DNA from: Alphaproteobacteria bacterium
GTDB taxonomy: Bacteria > Pseudomonadota > Alphaproteobacteria > Bin95
DNA: 64,000 nucleotides
Reading direction: 5' to 3'
Assembly (NCBI GenBank): GCA_965205265.1
Contig: CBDBGH010000003.1
Coordinates: forward strand, 5,399,553-5,463,552
The notes below the pieces were generated by a model, which was not told the origin of the DNA, did no database searches, and saw only the letters and a program-made list of their open reading frames with translations. Positions 47,386 to 56,630 of the stretch are shown here, piece by piece. The stretch's first letter is position 1; each line of letters starts with the position of its first letter. The position numbers and the translations under genes are program-made.

Positions 47386-50300
47386 GCTGTAGTTGCTCTC
47401 CGAAACAGCATTGGCTACAGTCGCGCGAAGCCGCGCCGCACCAGAGCCCGCGCTGTAGTTGCTCTCCGAAACAGCATTGGCTACAGTGAGACGTTCGACA
47501 TCGTCGGGTGCGCTTATGCTGTAGTTGCTCTCCGAAACAGCATTGGCTACAGTACCGAATGCGGCATTGAGACATACGGTTAGGCTGTAGTTGCTCTCCG
47601 AAACAGCATTGGCTACAGTGCAATGGCGAGGCTGCGCGCCAGCATTCCGGCTGTAGTTGCTCTCCGAAACAGCATTGGCTACAGTAAGGATGCGGCACTC
47701 CTGATCGCGGAGGTAGCTGTAGTTGCTCTCCGAAACAGCATTGGCTACAGTCCGGCGCGGACAGCACCCGCTCCGAGACGCGCTGTAGTTGCTCTCCGAA
47801 ACAGCATTGGCTACAGTCAGCTTCCACGAGTGGCACCGCGCCGACAGGCTGTAGTTGCTCTCCGAAACAGCATTGGCTACAGTACCGGCGACAAGTGCGT
47901 AATCGAGTTCAGAGCTGTAGTTGCTCTCCGAAACAGCATTGGCTACAGTGTGAAGACGATCCGGTCGCCTTCTCCAGGGGCTGTAGTTGCTCTCCGAAAC
48001 AGCATTGGCTACAGTCGCAGCACCCGCGAGTACGACGCTGCGCCCGCTGTAGTTGCTCTCCGAAACAGCATTGGCTACAGTACGGGACGGCCGATCTTGC
48101 TCTCCGACGCCGCTGTAGTTGCTCTCCGAAACAGCATTGGCTACAGTTGCACAGGCACACAGGGCAAATGCCGGAAGGCTGTAGTTGCTCTCCGAAACAG
48201 CATTGGCTACAGTGATCGCCGAATCCAAGCCGCCGCCACCGGTGCTGTAGTTGCTCTCCGAAACAGCATTGGCTACAGTTCGCCATTGCCTGCTTGCGCG
48301 TGGGATAGCGCTGTAGTTGCTCTCCGAAACAGCATTGGCTACAGTGTCCACGTCGAGCACCGCATCGCGTAGCCGGCTGTAGTTGCTCTCCGAAACAGCA
48401 TTGGCTACAGTGAACAGCCCGTTGACCGCGCCTGCCGTGACGCTGTAGTTGCTCTCCGAAACAGCATTGGCTACAGTTGGAAGTAGGGGGTTGGCCCGGC
48501 CCGGCATGCTGTAGTTGCTCTCCGAAACAGCATTGGCTACAGTGAACGGCGTGAAACAGATCGACCGATCCCAGCTGTAGTTGCTCTCCGAAACAGCATT
48601 GGCTACAGTCTCGCGGAGGTCGTCCCAAGTCCGGACTTCGCTGTAGTTGCTCTCCGAAACAGCATTGGCTACAGTGAAGTGCTGATGGAGTCGAGCGATG
48701 GCTGAGCTGTAGTTGCTCTCCGAAACAGCATTGGCTACAGTGCGTCGCGGTCTCGATAGGCGGCAGGACGGGCTGTAGTTGCTCTCCGAAACAGCATTGG
48801 CTACAGTCGTTGGCGGTGCATCCGCCAGCTATGGATGGCTGTAGTTGCTCTCCGAAACAGCATTGGCTACAGTCCTGCGGCGAGAGCGGCGAGTGGTTCG
48901 TATGCTGTAGTTGCTCTCCGAAACAGCATTGGCTACAGTCAGCAGACGCCGCGCGGAATCGGTCTCGACGCTGTAGTTGCTCTCCGAAACAGCATTGGCT
49001 ACAGTCCACCACCGGCGGACATCGGCGGCATTCGGGCTGTAGTTGCTCTCCGAAACAGCATTGGCTACAGTCCACCACCGGCGGACATCGGCGGCATTCG
49101 GGCTGTAGTTGCTCTCCGAAACAGCATTGGCTACAGTGCCGGCCGAGGGTGCGCCGACTGTAGGCGTGCTGTAGTTGCTCTCCGAAACAGCATTGGCTAC
49201 AGTTCCCGGTGGCGATGCCTATGTCGGCGGTAGGCTGTAGTTGCTCTCCGAAACAGCATTGGCTACAGTCCGAAGCTTCCGGGCGCGGGACCTTTGACGG
49301 CTGTAGTTGCTCTCCGAAACAGCATTGGCTACAGTCGCCTGGCCGTAGACGTGCGCCGTACCGTAGCTGTAGTTGCTCTCCGAAACAGCATTGGCTACAG
49401 TCAGGCCTCCCGCAACCTCGTACGCCGCTATGCTGTAGTTGCTCTCCGAAACAGCATTGGCTACAGTTATCTCGACCAGCGTGGCGGTCCGGTATATGCT
49501 GTAGTTGCTCTCCGAAACAGCATTGGCTACAGTCATCGACGCCGCGGGCTTGGTAGTGAGTTCGCTGTAGTTGCTCTCCGAAACAGCATTGGCTACAGTG
49601 TCGACAATCTGCTCGAAGGAAGGAACAGCGCTGTAGTTGCTCTCCGAAACAGCATTGGCTACAGTCGCACCGGCATATCCTGACACATGGTACGCGCTGT
49701 AGTTGCTCTCCGAAACAGCATTGGCTACAGTGATGGTCGCGGCAAGGTCCCGGCTCATCGCGCTGTAGTTGCTCTCCGAAACAGCATTGGCTACAGTACC
49801 CGCGCACATCCGTAGACGCGTGCGTTAGCTGTAGTTGCTCTCCGAAACAGCATTGGCTACAGTCGCATCGTCGTGGACAAACGCATTGCCGTAGCTGTAG
49901 TTGCTCTCCGAAACAGCATTGGCTACAGTGCCGTCATCAACGGCGCTTACGTAGGCTTTGCTGTAGTTGCTCTCCGAAACAGCATTGGCTACAGTGTGAA
50001 GATGACCCGGTCGCCTTCTCCAGGGGCTGTAGTTGCTCTCCGAAACAGCATTGGCTACAGTAAAGATGAGGGTAGACCCCAATGCACCCCCGCTGTAGTT
50101 GCTCTCCGAAACAGCATTGGCTACAGTCGCCTGGTCGCAGACCCACGCAGCGTCAAAGCTGTAGTTGCTCTCCGAAACAGCATTGGCTACAGTTGAAGTG
50201 GGAGCGAAGGCGCATCCGCAGTTGCTGTAGTTGCTCTCCGAAACAGCATTGGCTACAGTCGCCAAGCTCATATCGCAGCGTCGAGATATGCTGTAGTTGC

Positions 50301-50589
50301 TCTCCGAAACAGCATTGGCTACAGTATGGTAGCGGCGTTCGGAGAACAGGCATATGCTGTAGTTGCTCTCCGAAACAGCATTGGCTACAGTCTCCTCCGC
50401 GAAGACGACCTGGTCGTCACAGCTGTAGTTGCTCTCCGAAACAGCATTGGCTACAGTCGGGCCGCGTAAGCATGCCGAAAAGAGTTCGCTGTAGTTGCTC
50501 TCCGAAACAGCATTGGCTACAGTCGACGAAGCTAATTGAAGGGCCGTAACCATGCTGTAGTTGCTCTCCGAAACAGCATTGGCTACAGT
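47386..50589 (+). CRISPR. Type II-C CRISPR array: 49 x 36-nt repeats, 48 x 30-nt spacers
   Basis: Repeat GCTGTAGTTGCTCTCCGAAACAGCATTGGCTACAGT at a strict 66-nt period; + orientation inferred from G-U pairing with the tracrRNA. Confidence 0.99.
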
Positions 50590-50596
50590 ACTCCGT

Positions 50597-50627
50597 GCCC
50601 AACCCGTTGAAAATCAACGGGTTGGGC
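50597..50627. terminator. Perfect 14-bp hairpin in the leader between the array and cas2
   Basis: GCCCAACCCGTTGA-AAA-TCAACGGGTTGGGC between convergent transcripts. Confidence 0.55.
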
Positions 50628-50660
50628 CGATTCTTGGCACAGGATTCGCAGCCGGGGCTA

Positions 50661-50993
50661 TCAGAACAGGGCCAATTGGTCGGGCTTTTTCTCCGTTTCG
50701 GCGGGAGCCCGGCCCTCGAAATTGCGCACCATGCCGAATTGCTTGTCGGTGATGAAAATGATCGAGACCTTCCCCATGGGCGGCACGAAGCCGCCGACCC
50801 GGACGGCGGCGGCGTCCGCTTGGGCCCGTGTGAGGAAGTAGCGAGTATAGACCGACCATTGCTTCATCGCGAATCCTTCGTTCAGCAGGCGGTGACGAAA
50901 GCGGGTCGCGTCGCGCCGCTCTTTCGACGTTCCTACGGGCAGGTCGAAACACACCACAAGCCACATCGCCCTGTAACCGGAAACGGCCTCCAT
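50661..50993 (-). CDS. cas2: CRISPR-associated Cas2
   Basis: SGYRAMWLVVCFDLPV, FAMKQWSVYTR, ITDKQFG. Confidence 0.95.
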   Translation of the reverse strand: MEAVSGYRAMWLVVCFDLPVGTSKERRDATRFRHRLLNEGFAMKQWSVYTRYFLTRAQADAAAVRVGGFVPPMGKVSIIFITDKQFGMVRNFEGRAPAETEKKPDQLALF

Positions 50994-51039
50994 CCAAAGG
51001 CCGGCCCGGCCGCGAAAGCGCTGTCGGACCAGCCTGCGC

Positions 51040-51966
51040 TCACGGGCGGTCGGCAAAGTCGAGTTCGGTTTGCGCCACAAGACCCCAGTCGAGCGGCCAT
51101 GACAAATCCGCCGCCTCTCCCGTGCAAAGCTCCGCCAGGGAGTGGGCCAGCATCGACATGACGCGCGAGACGGTGTGCGCTCCCGCCGACGTCGCCATTG
51201 CGCCGTTGACGACCAGCGCCAATTCCCGTTTGGCCGCCGTGTCCACTTCCCCGGTCCAGTGTTCCCGGTTGCGCCAGACTACGTGGTCCACGAGAGGTCG
51301 GAACGGCTCCATCAGGTCGTCCACCAGTTGGAAGGCGTTCAGGCGGCTGCGGTGATGCAAACCCAGCCCGGGCGCCAGGCCCGCTCCGACCACGGCGCGG
51401 GCCATGGCGGAGCGAACGACCGCATAGCCGTAGTTCAAATGGGCGTTGAGACCGTTGCCATTGGGGTCGCGCCGGAAATCGCTACCCATCAACCGCCGCC
51501 AGTAGAAACGCGCGGCGCGGGCTTCCACATTGTCCGGGTCGCCGGATCGCACCGACCTCGCAAGCCTTGCAAGGCGCATGTGGTCGGGCTGTCCCACAAT
51601 CTCCAGCGCCCGCGCCTGCGAGGCGATTTTCGCCATGACCAGCCGCCGCCAAAGCTGCTTGCGCCTGGGCAGGGACAGGGATGCCTGAGCGGTCAGCCGC
51701 GCTGCCTGCTCGAAATTGCCAGACACAGGCAAAGACAAGGCCACAGGCGCATGGTTGCGGCCGCACAGTACAAGGGGAATCCCCGCTTCGGCCAACGCCG
51801 CGCCCAACGACAGGGACAGCATCGCGCTATGGCCGTGCACGAGAACGCACTGGATGTCCGAAAGCGGCACCCGGCCCAATTCGCCGCCGTCGCCGGAAAC
51901 CTTCAGGCTACCCCTCGACAGCGAGAGAACGCGGTTTTCGTCGGCGATATCGACGACGCGCCACAT
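51040..51966 (-). CDS. cas1: Type II CRISPR-associated Cas1
   Basis: GDPDNVEARAARFYW, LNYGYAVVRS, LGLHH, FQLVDDLMEPFRP. Confidence 0.96.
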   Translation of the reverse strand: MWRVVDIADENRVLSLSRGSLKVSGDGGELGRVPLSDIQCVLVHGHSAMLSLSLGAALAEAGIPLVLCGRNHAPVALSLPVSGNFEQAARLTAQASLSLPRRKQLWRRLVMAKIASQARALEIVGQPDHMRLARLARSVRSGDPDNVEARAARFYWRRLMGSDFRRDPNGNGLNAHLNYGYAVVRSAMARAVVGAGLAPGLGLHHRSRLNAFQLVDDLMEPFRPLVDHVVWRNREHWTGEVDTAAKRELALVVNGAMATSAGAHTVSRVMSMLAHSLAELCTGEAADLSWPLDWGLVAQTELDFADRP

Positions 51967-51968
51967 CG

Positions 51969-54900
51969 TCAGTTGAGGCGGGGGCCTCGCCAGCGCACGC
52001 GGCCCGTAGGGTCGCACAGCACCATTGCCGGCGCGCGTTCCGAGAACCCCTTCTTGTTGCTGATCCTTACATGCTTCGGCGGTCTGCCGGAGCGCGCCTC
52101 CTCGACGGGCACAAATTCGAGATCGGGATTATCCAAGCCGGAGAACGAGACCGTGCGGTAGAGGCGGCGCGGCGAGGCTAGGTCCTTCGGGTCGACCGCC
52201 ATTTCCACGAGATCGTTCCTCCGCAGAACGAACAGCCGCCGCCCGCCCTCGCGGCGCCATCGTTCCTGGAACCCCGGCGTATTGGCGTCCAGGGTCGAAA
52301 CAACTTCGATATCCCGGTCCCCTTCGCCATTCACGAAATAGACCAGACGGTCGTTCCCTCTCGTTCGGTTGGCCTGTCTGGGCCTTTTGCCGGGGTCCAA
52401 CGGGCCTTTGAGAACGCGCAGGGAGACAATCTGGACCCGCGTAAAACGGCGGCGTCCGGTTGTTTCCACGATGTACCGCTTTTTCGCCCACTCCGCCCGC
52501 GCCTTTTGCTGGCCTCTGGCCGTGCGCGCGTTTTCCAGAGCCTCGGGTGGCGCTTCCTGCATCAATTCGAGAAGCCTGGCACGCATCTTCTCCAAATCAG
52601 GGGCCAGATTATTGCGCAGGGAAGACACGGGGTCGTGTCCGCCCCACCAGAAGCGCGCGCCCTGCTCCTTCGCTCGCTCGACAGCCCGGATTGCGGTTTC
52701 GGGCACACCGAGCTTCTCGATTTGTTTCACCTCCAATTCCGAAATCGAGACATGGTCCCGGGCGACATATTTGTCCCGCTCGCCCGGGACTTCGCATATA
52801 AGGCCGTAGTTCGTCGCTTCGTGCAGTTGGCCTCGCGGATCGTGATCGGCCTTCACGACCACGGCGGTGGCGGGCGGTTTGTCCGTCGCTTCGGCGGGTC
52901 TCCAGCCTTCCAGAAAAGCCTTTACTGTCCTCCGAAACCCATCCTGCCAACATATGCCAATATTCTCAAAGTTCGGTTCGGTGTAACGAATTTGGGCCAG
53001 AATTTCTCTGGCGCTCTCGTTGCCTGTATCACGCGCCGCCAGCGTCTGGAGGCGCTGCACATCGCTTCGGGTTGTGCAGGCGGCAACGACCGCGTCCAGC
53101 AAGTGGTGCCGATGGTCCCAGCGTACCTTGTCGGCGCGTTTGAGGCGCGCTTGCCTTTCCTCGAGAGTTTCACCGTCTCTGGGGGACAGAATATCGCCGA
53201 TATCAAGCCGTCCTTCCTCCACCATTATGTCTCGGATTACGGTATGGAGGCCCCACAAGTAGCGGAGGTCCGACGTGATTCGACCATTCAGGCTGACGAC
53301 GCCGTTATCCGGGTCTTTGCATACGCAAGACAGATAACGCGCCGCCATTCTTGCAATGTAGCGCGTATCGTTGAGGAACCTGCGTTGGAATTCTTCCCGG
53401 TCCTCGTAACGCTTCATGGCATCCTCTTTGAAACGCCAATACACGCTCCCGCCGCGGAGCTTCGCGCGCTTGAGGATATGCTCATAGTCCTTGCCCTTGT
53501 ATCCACCGCTGAATGCCTCGAAAGGAGGCCTCTTGCGTTTGAATTGATTGGCTTCCTTGAACACTAAAGCCAGATTGGGGATGCCGTCGTCTCCGGTCGT
53601 GGCGTAAGGCAGTATATGGTCGATCTCAACCGACCCGTCGAAAAGGTGCTCCATGCAGATCGGTTCTCCCGTGTACAGGCATTCCCCGCCCTGCATTCTA
53701 TGGAGTCTCATTCGTTTCAGGTCTTCGGGTTTGAGCTTGCGCTTATGGGCGCCCAGAGACTCGATATGCGCTTCGTTCTCCTTACGGTTTTTGAGATTCT
53801 CCTTTTCGGCGTTGTCACGCTCCTCGGCGCTCCTGTTCAGGTCGCGGGCCAGTTCGATGCAGATTTGCGCAGGCTTGCCGTAGAGCTTCAGATAATCGTT
53901 GGCGGTCTTGCGTAGCTGGTTGAGTGCCACATGGACGACCGGATTCGAAATGCGGCCTAGACGGGCTTCGTCGGCGTCTCCGGGCGCACCGCTTCCCCCG
54001 ATGCACCATCCTTGCAGGACTTCCCCGTAGTAGGGCAACCGATCGAGACTTGGCGGTTCCTGATCGAGAGATTCGAGTCCGGCCCGCTGTTCTGCTTTGT
54101 CGTGCGGGATGACCTCTGCTTCCAGTTCAGCCAGCAGCTTCCGGGTCGCCGTCGCACCGGCGGCGGAATGGGCGGCGGGCAGGCGTGCATCCGAAAGCAC
54201 CTGAATGGCGTCCGGCGGCAGGTCGAGCTCTTTCAATTTGGTGTTCAAGATGTCCCGGTCGTCTTCCGTGCGTACAAGACTTGCGATCTTTTCACGCCGC
54301 TCCTCATCGAAACCCCGCCACTGTTCGAGCGCATCCGCCTTGCTCATGGCGGCGGCAAGCGGATGGCCCTTGAGTTCGCCGGCCGTTTTCCTGCCTTTGC
54401 GCCGGATATCCAGACTGGTCATGTCGGCCAGCGCGCCGCGCCTCAAACCCAGCGCTGTGCGCACTCCCGCCGCAGTCAGGTCCTGCCCATCGAGCAACAG
54501 GAAGGCAAGACGGTCGCGCTGCGCCATATCCAAGGGCCGTTCCGCCGCCGTTCGCGACGATATCAGACGCAGATTGTTCACTTCCTCGTAGATGCGCTTG
54601 CGTTGAAACAAGTCGCTGCCGCGCGACAGCCGCGTTTCGATTTCACCATCGGCGCCGCGGACGCCGTAGCGGCATTTGCCGATGGACGGCGCTTTCGGCT
54701 CCGCTTCCTCGAACACCATCTCCCTGAGTTGCTCGCAAGCCATGTCCGTTAGCGCTTCGTGGTAAGGCTGTTGAGTCTCCAGCAGCGCGTCCAGTTCCGC
54801 CTGCATCATGGGGCGAGTGAAGACCGGCATCCCTTCCCGGTCTTTCTTCAGCCGGGTCGTTCTCCTCTTGCCGGCCTTGCGCATTAGCAATTGCGAGGGG

Positions 54901-55421
54901 TGGGCGGGGCCGTCGAGTCCCAGCCTTTCGCCGAGCGCCGCGAGTTCGTTTTTTGTCGTGTTGGCCGTGTGCGCCATGGACTGGCGTTCCCTGGCGCTCT
55001 TTTCCTGTTGCTTGGCGTCGGCCTTGGAGTCGTCCCTGAGCCCCCGTGTCAGGCGCTGGCCCCGGTTCTTCGCGATATGCAGGATGGCGCGGGCCAGATC
55101 GCCGGCTTTCAAGCGGCTCTCAAGGCCCTTCGCCCGCAGCGGGACACGCTCGGTACTGCGTCCCGCAGGGGTGTCGGAGAAGCCGGGACCGAGGTTGAGC
55201 AGGCGAACGAGATACGCGCGCAACGCCTTTACCCGGTCGGCGCGGCGGCCGTATTGCGTCCGCATGGATTTGTGGCGGGTCCGCCCCGCCCCGCCTGTGG
55301 GCGCGGGATAAAAGAGCGCAACGCCGTCGATCAGCCGTGCCGGGCGGTTCGCCGTATCCAGTTCGATGACTGCGAAGCCGAGACTGCCGACGCCGACATC
55401 GATGCCCCATCCGACCTTCAT
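51969..55421 (-). CDS. cas9: Type II-C Cas9, ~1150 aa
   Basis: RuvC-I GIDVGVGSLG, RuvC-II IELARDL, HNH EIDHILP..NLALVFKEANQFK, RuvC-III HRHHLLDAVV; no csn2 or cas4 in the locus. Confidence 0.95.
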   Translation of the reverse strand: MKVGWGIDVGVGSLGFAVIELDTANRPARLIDGVALFYPAPTGGAGRTRHKSMRTQYGRRADRVKALRAYLVRLLNLGPGFSDTPAGRSTERVPLRAKGLESRLKAGDLARAILHIAKNRGQRLTRGLRDDSKADAKQQEKSARERQSMAHTANTTKNELAALGERLGLDGPAHPSQLLMRKAGKRRTTRLKKDREGMPVFTRPMMQAELDALLETQQPYHEALTDMACEQLREMVFEEAEPKAPSIGKCRYGVRGADGEIETRLSRGSDLFQRKRIYEEVNNLRLISSRTAAERPLDMAQRDRLAFLLLDGQDLTAAGVRTALGLRRGALADMTSLDIRRKGRKTAGELKGHPLAAAMSKADALEQWRGFDEERREKIASLVRTEDDRDILNTKLKELDLPPDAIQVLSDARLPAAHSAAGATATRKLLAELEAEVIPHDKAEQRAGLESLDQEPPSLDRLPYYGEVLQGWCIGGSGAPGDADEARLGRISNPVVHVALNQLRKTANDYLKLYGKPAQICIELARDLNRSAEERDNAEKENLKNRKENEAHIESLGAHKRKLKPEDLKRMRLHRMQGGECLYTGEPICMEHLFDGSVEIDHILPYATTGDDGIPNLALVFKEANQFKRKRPPFEAFSGGYKGKDYEHILKRAKLRGGSVYWRFKEDAMKRYEDREEFQRRFLNDTRYIARMAARYLSCVCKDPDNGVVSLNGRITSDLRYLWGLHTVIRDIMVEEGRLDIGDILSPRDGETLEERQARLKRADKVRWDHRHHLLDAVVAACTTRSDVQRLQTLAARDTGNESAREILAQIRYTEPNFENIGICWQDGFRRTVKAFLEGWRPAEATDKPPATAVVVKADHDPRGQLHEATNYGLICEVPGERDKYVARDHVSISELEVKQIEKLGVPETAIRAVERAKEQGARFWWGGHDPVSSLRNNLAPDLEKMRARLLELMQEAPPEALENARTARGQQKARAEWAKKRYIVETTGRRRFTRVQIVSLRVLKGPLDPGKRPRQANRTRGNDRLVYFVNGEGDRDIEVVSTLDANTPGFQERWRREGGRRLFVLRRNDLVEMAVDPKDLASPRRLYRTVSFSGLDNPDLEFVPVEEARSGRPPKHVRISNKKGFSERAPAMVLCDPTGRVRWRGPRLN

Positions 55422-55485
55422 GAAAAGTCCCCGACAGCAAGATTCCGAGAATATGTTGACTTGCGCGCGGGACTGGTGCAAGCAT

Positions 55486-55616
55486 TGGCTGCTGTTTTGG
55501 AGAGCAGCGGCGTAAAGCTGTGCAACTGCTTGCAGTAGCAACTACAGTAAGGCAGCTTTCCATGGAGGGCTGCCAGACGAATATGGGGAGAGACGTTGTC
55601 TCTCCCCTCTCGTTTT
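55486..55616 (+). ncRNA. tracrRNA with split anti-repeat
   Basis: TGCTGTTTTGGAGAG (55490-55504) and AGCAACTACAGT (55537-55548) are complementary to the repeat; then AAGGCAGC..GCTGCC hairpin and GGGGAGAGAC/GTCTCTCCCC hairpin plus TTTT; TTGACT upstream at 55456. Confidence 0.85.
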
Positions 55617-55627
55617 ATCGCCCGTTA

Positions 55628-56108
55628 CTGGAGGAGGGGCGCAGGCTCACCCTGACGCCGGGCGATCCGCAGTTGTGCCATCTGGATCACGCACGGGCCG
55701 CAACCGTGCATGCCTTTCAGGGCCGTACGGTCGACAACGTGATCGCGGCGATGGAAGCGAACCACCCCAACCTGACCACGGCCAAGGCGTTCTATGTCGA
55801 GATATCCCGCGCGCGCCCGGGCGGAGCTGGTCACGGACGACGTGCAGGCGCTGAAGGAGCGGCTGGAAGCGGTCACAGGCGAGCGCATCTCGGCCCTCGA
55901 AGGCATCGGCGAGAGCCTCCGCCCGGAGCGCGAACGCGGGCAGCAAAAGGACGGGAAGGCGTCGCTCGACAGGGAACGGACGAGCCCGGAGGCGTCCGCG
56001 CCGCACCAGCCGGCGCGGGAAATCGAGCCGGTTCCGGCAAGGCACAAGGCGCCGGAGCCCGAGACGCCGGTCCAAGAGAAACGCATCGACATGAACCTCG
56101 GCCTCTGA
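55628..56108 (+). pseudogene. Duplicated 3' end of the MobF relaxase (direct repeat of 46798-47280), frameshifted
   Basis: LEEGRRLTLTPGDPQL...IDMNLGL*; roughly 90% identical by eye; 2-nt deletion near 55817. Confidence 0.92.
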
Positions 56109-56243
56109 TTGCAGCCTTCGGGACCTCCTTTCGGACTTCCCCGGACGCGGTCCGCTCCCGAACATCGATGGAATCTCGTGGCGGACTCGCAATGTCCTTG
56201 TCTCGGGCGGCAGATCGAATGCGCACATCCATCGCCCGGATCT

Positions 56244-56630
56244 TCACGCCGGGCCCTCGCCCATCGTCTCCGTCATGCTCCTGCGGGCGGCGGCGACGAG
56301 GTCGTCGAGCTCTTTCTCGCGTTCGACGTCGAGCATCTCCTCCCGGTCGAGCGTCGCCATCACGTAGACGAGGCGGTAGATCTCCTCGATGAGCGCGGCG
56401 TGGCCCTTCGACAAGGTGGCCGGGGGAAGCTCACCCAGGCGGTCTTCGGCAGCGGCGACCGCGCTCGACCGCACGAGTTCGCCGGGGGACATGCCGTGCC
56501 GCGCGGCGGCCCGCCGGATCAGGTCCCACTCGGAATCGGAGAAGCGGGTCGAGCGCTGCCGGCGCGCATTGCTCCGGTTCTCCGCAGGTTTCTTCCCGGT
56601 CTCGGGATTTTTCCGTTCCTTTCCCGCCAT
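56244..56630 (-). CDS. Ribbon-helix-helix relaxosome accessory protein (MobC/TrwA-like)
   Basis: RSTRFSDSEWDLIRRAAARHGMSPGELVR; adjacent to the relaxase end. Confidence 0.7.
   Translation of the reverse strand: MAGKERKNPETGKKPAENRSNARRQRSTRFSDSEWDLIRRAAARHGMSPGELVRSSAVAAAEDRLGELPPATLSKGHAALIEEIYRLVYVMATLDREEMLDVEREKELDDLVAAARRSMTETMGEGPA

Noticed and set aside
48082-48111. Spacer 11 contains TTGCTCTCCGA, 11 nt identical to the repeat
   Set aside because: Spacer length is normal and the flanks are unrelated; likely coincidence, though not excluded
47422-50553. Self-targeting of the element or host by spacers
   Set aside because: No protospacer match noticed by eye within the window; an alignment is needed to exclude it
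47045-50617. Long repetitive ORFs (CSQCCFGEQLQ, TVANAVSESNYS, AVVALRNSIGYS)
   Set aside because: They are translations of the 66-nt CRISPR period, not proteins
55422-55541. 40-aa N-terminal extension of Cas9 in the ORF track
   Set aside because: Overlaps the tracrRNA and its promoter; RuvC-I begins right after the ATG at 55421
47386-55616. CRISPR-associated transposon or nuclease-dead Cas9 guiding integration
   Set aside because: No tns genes; Cas9 catalytic residues and cas1/cas2 are intact; the integrases are ~10 kb away
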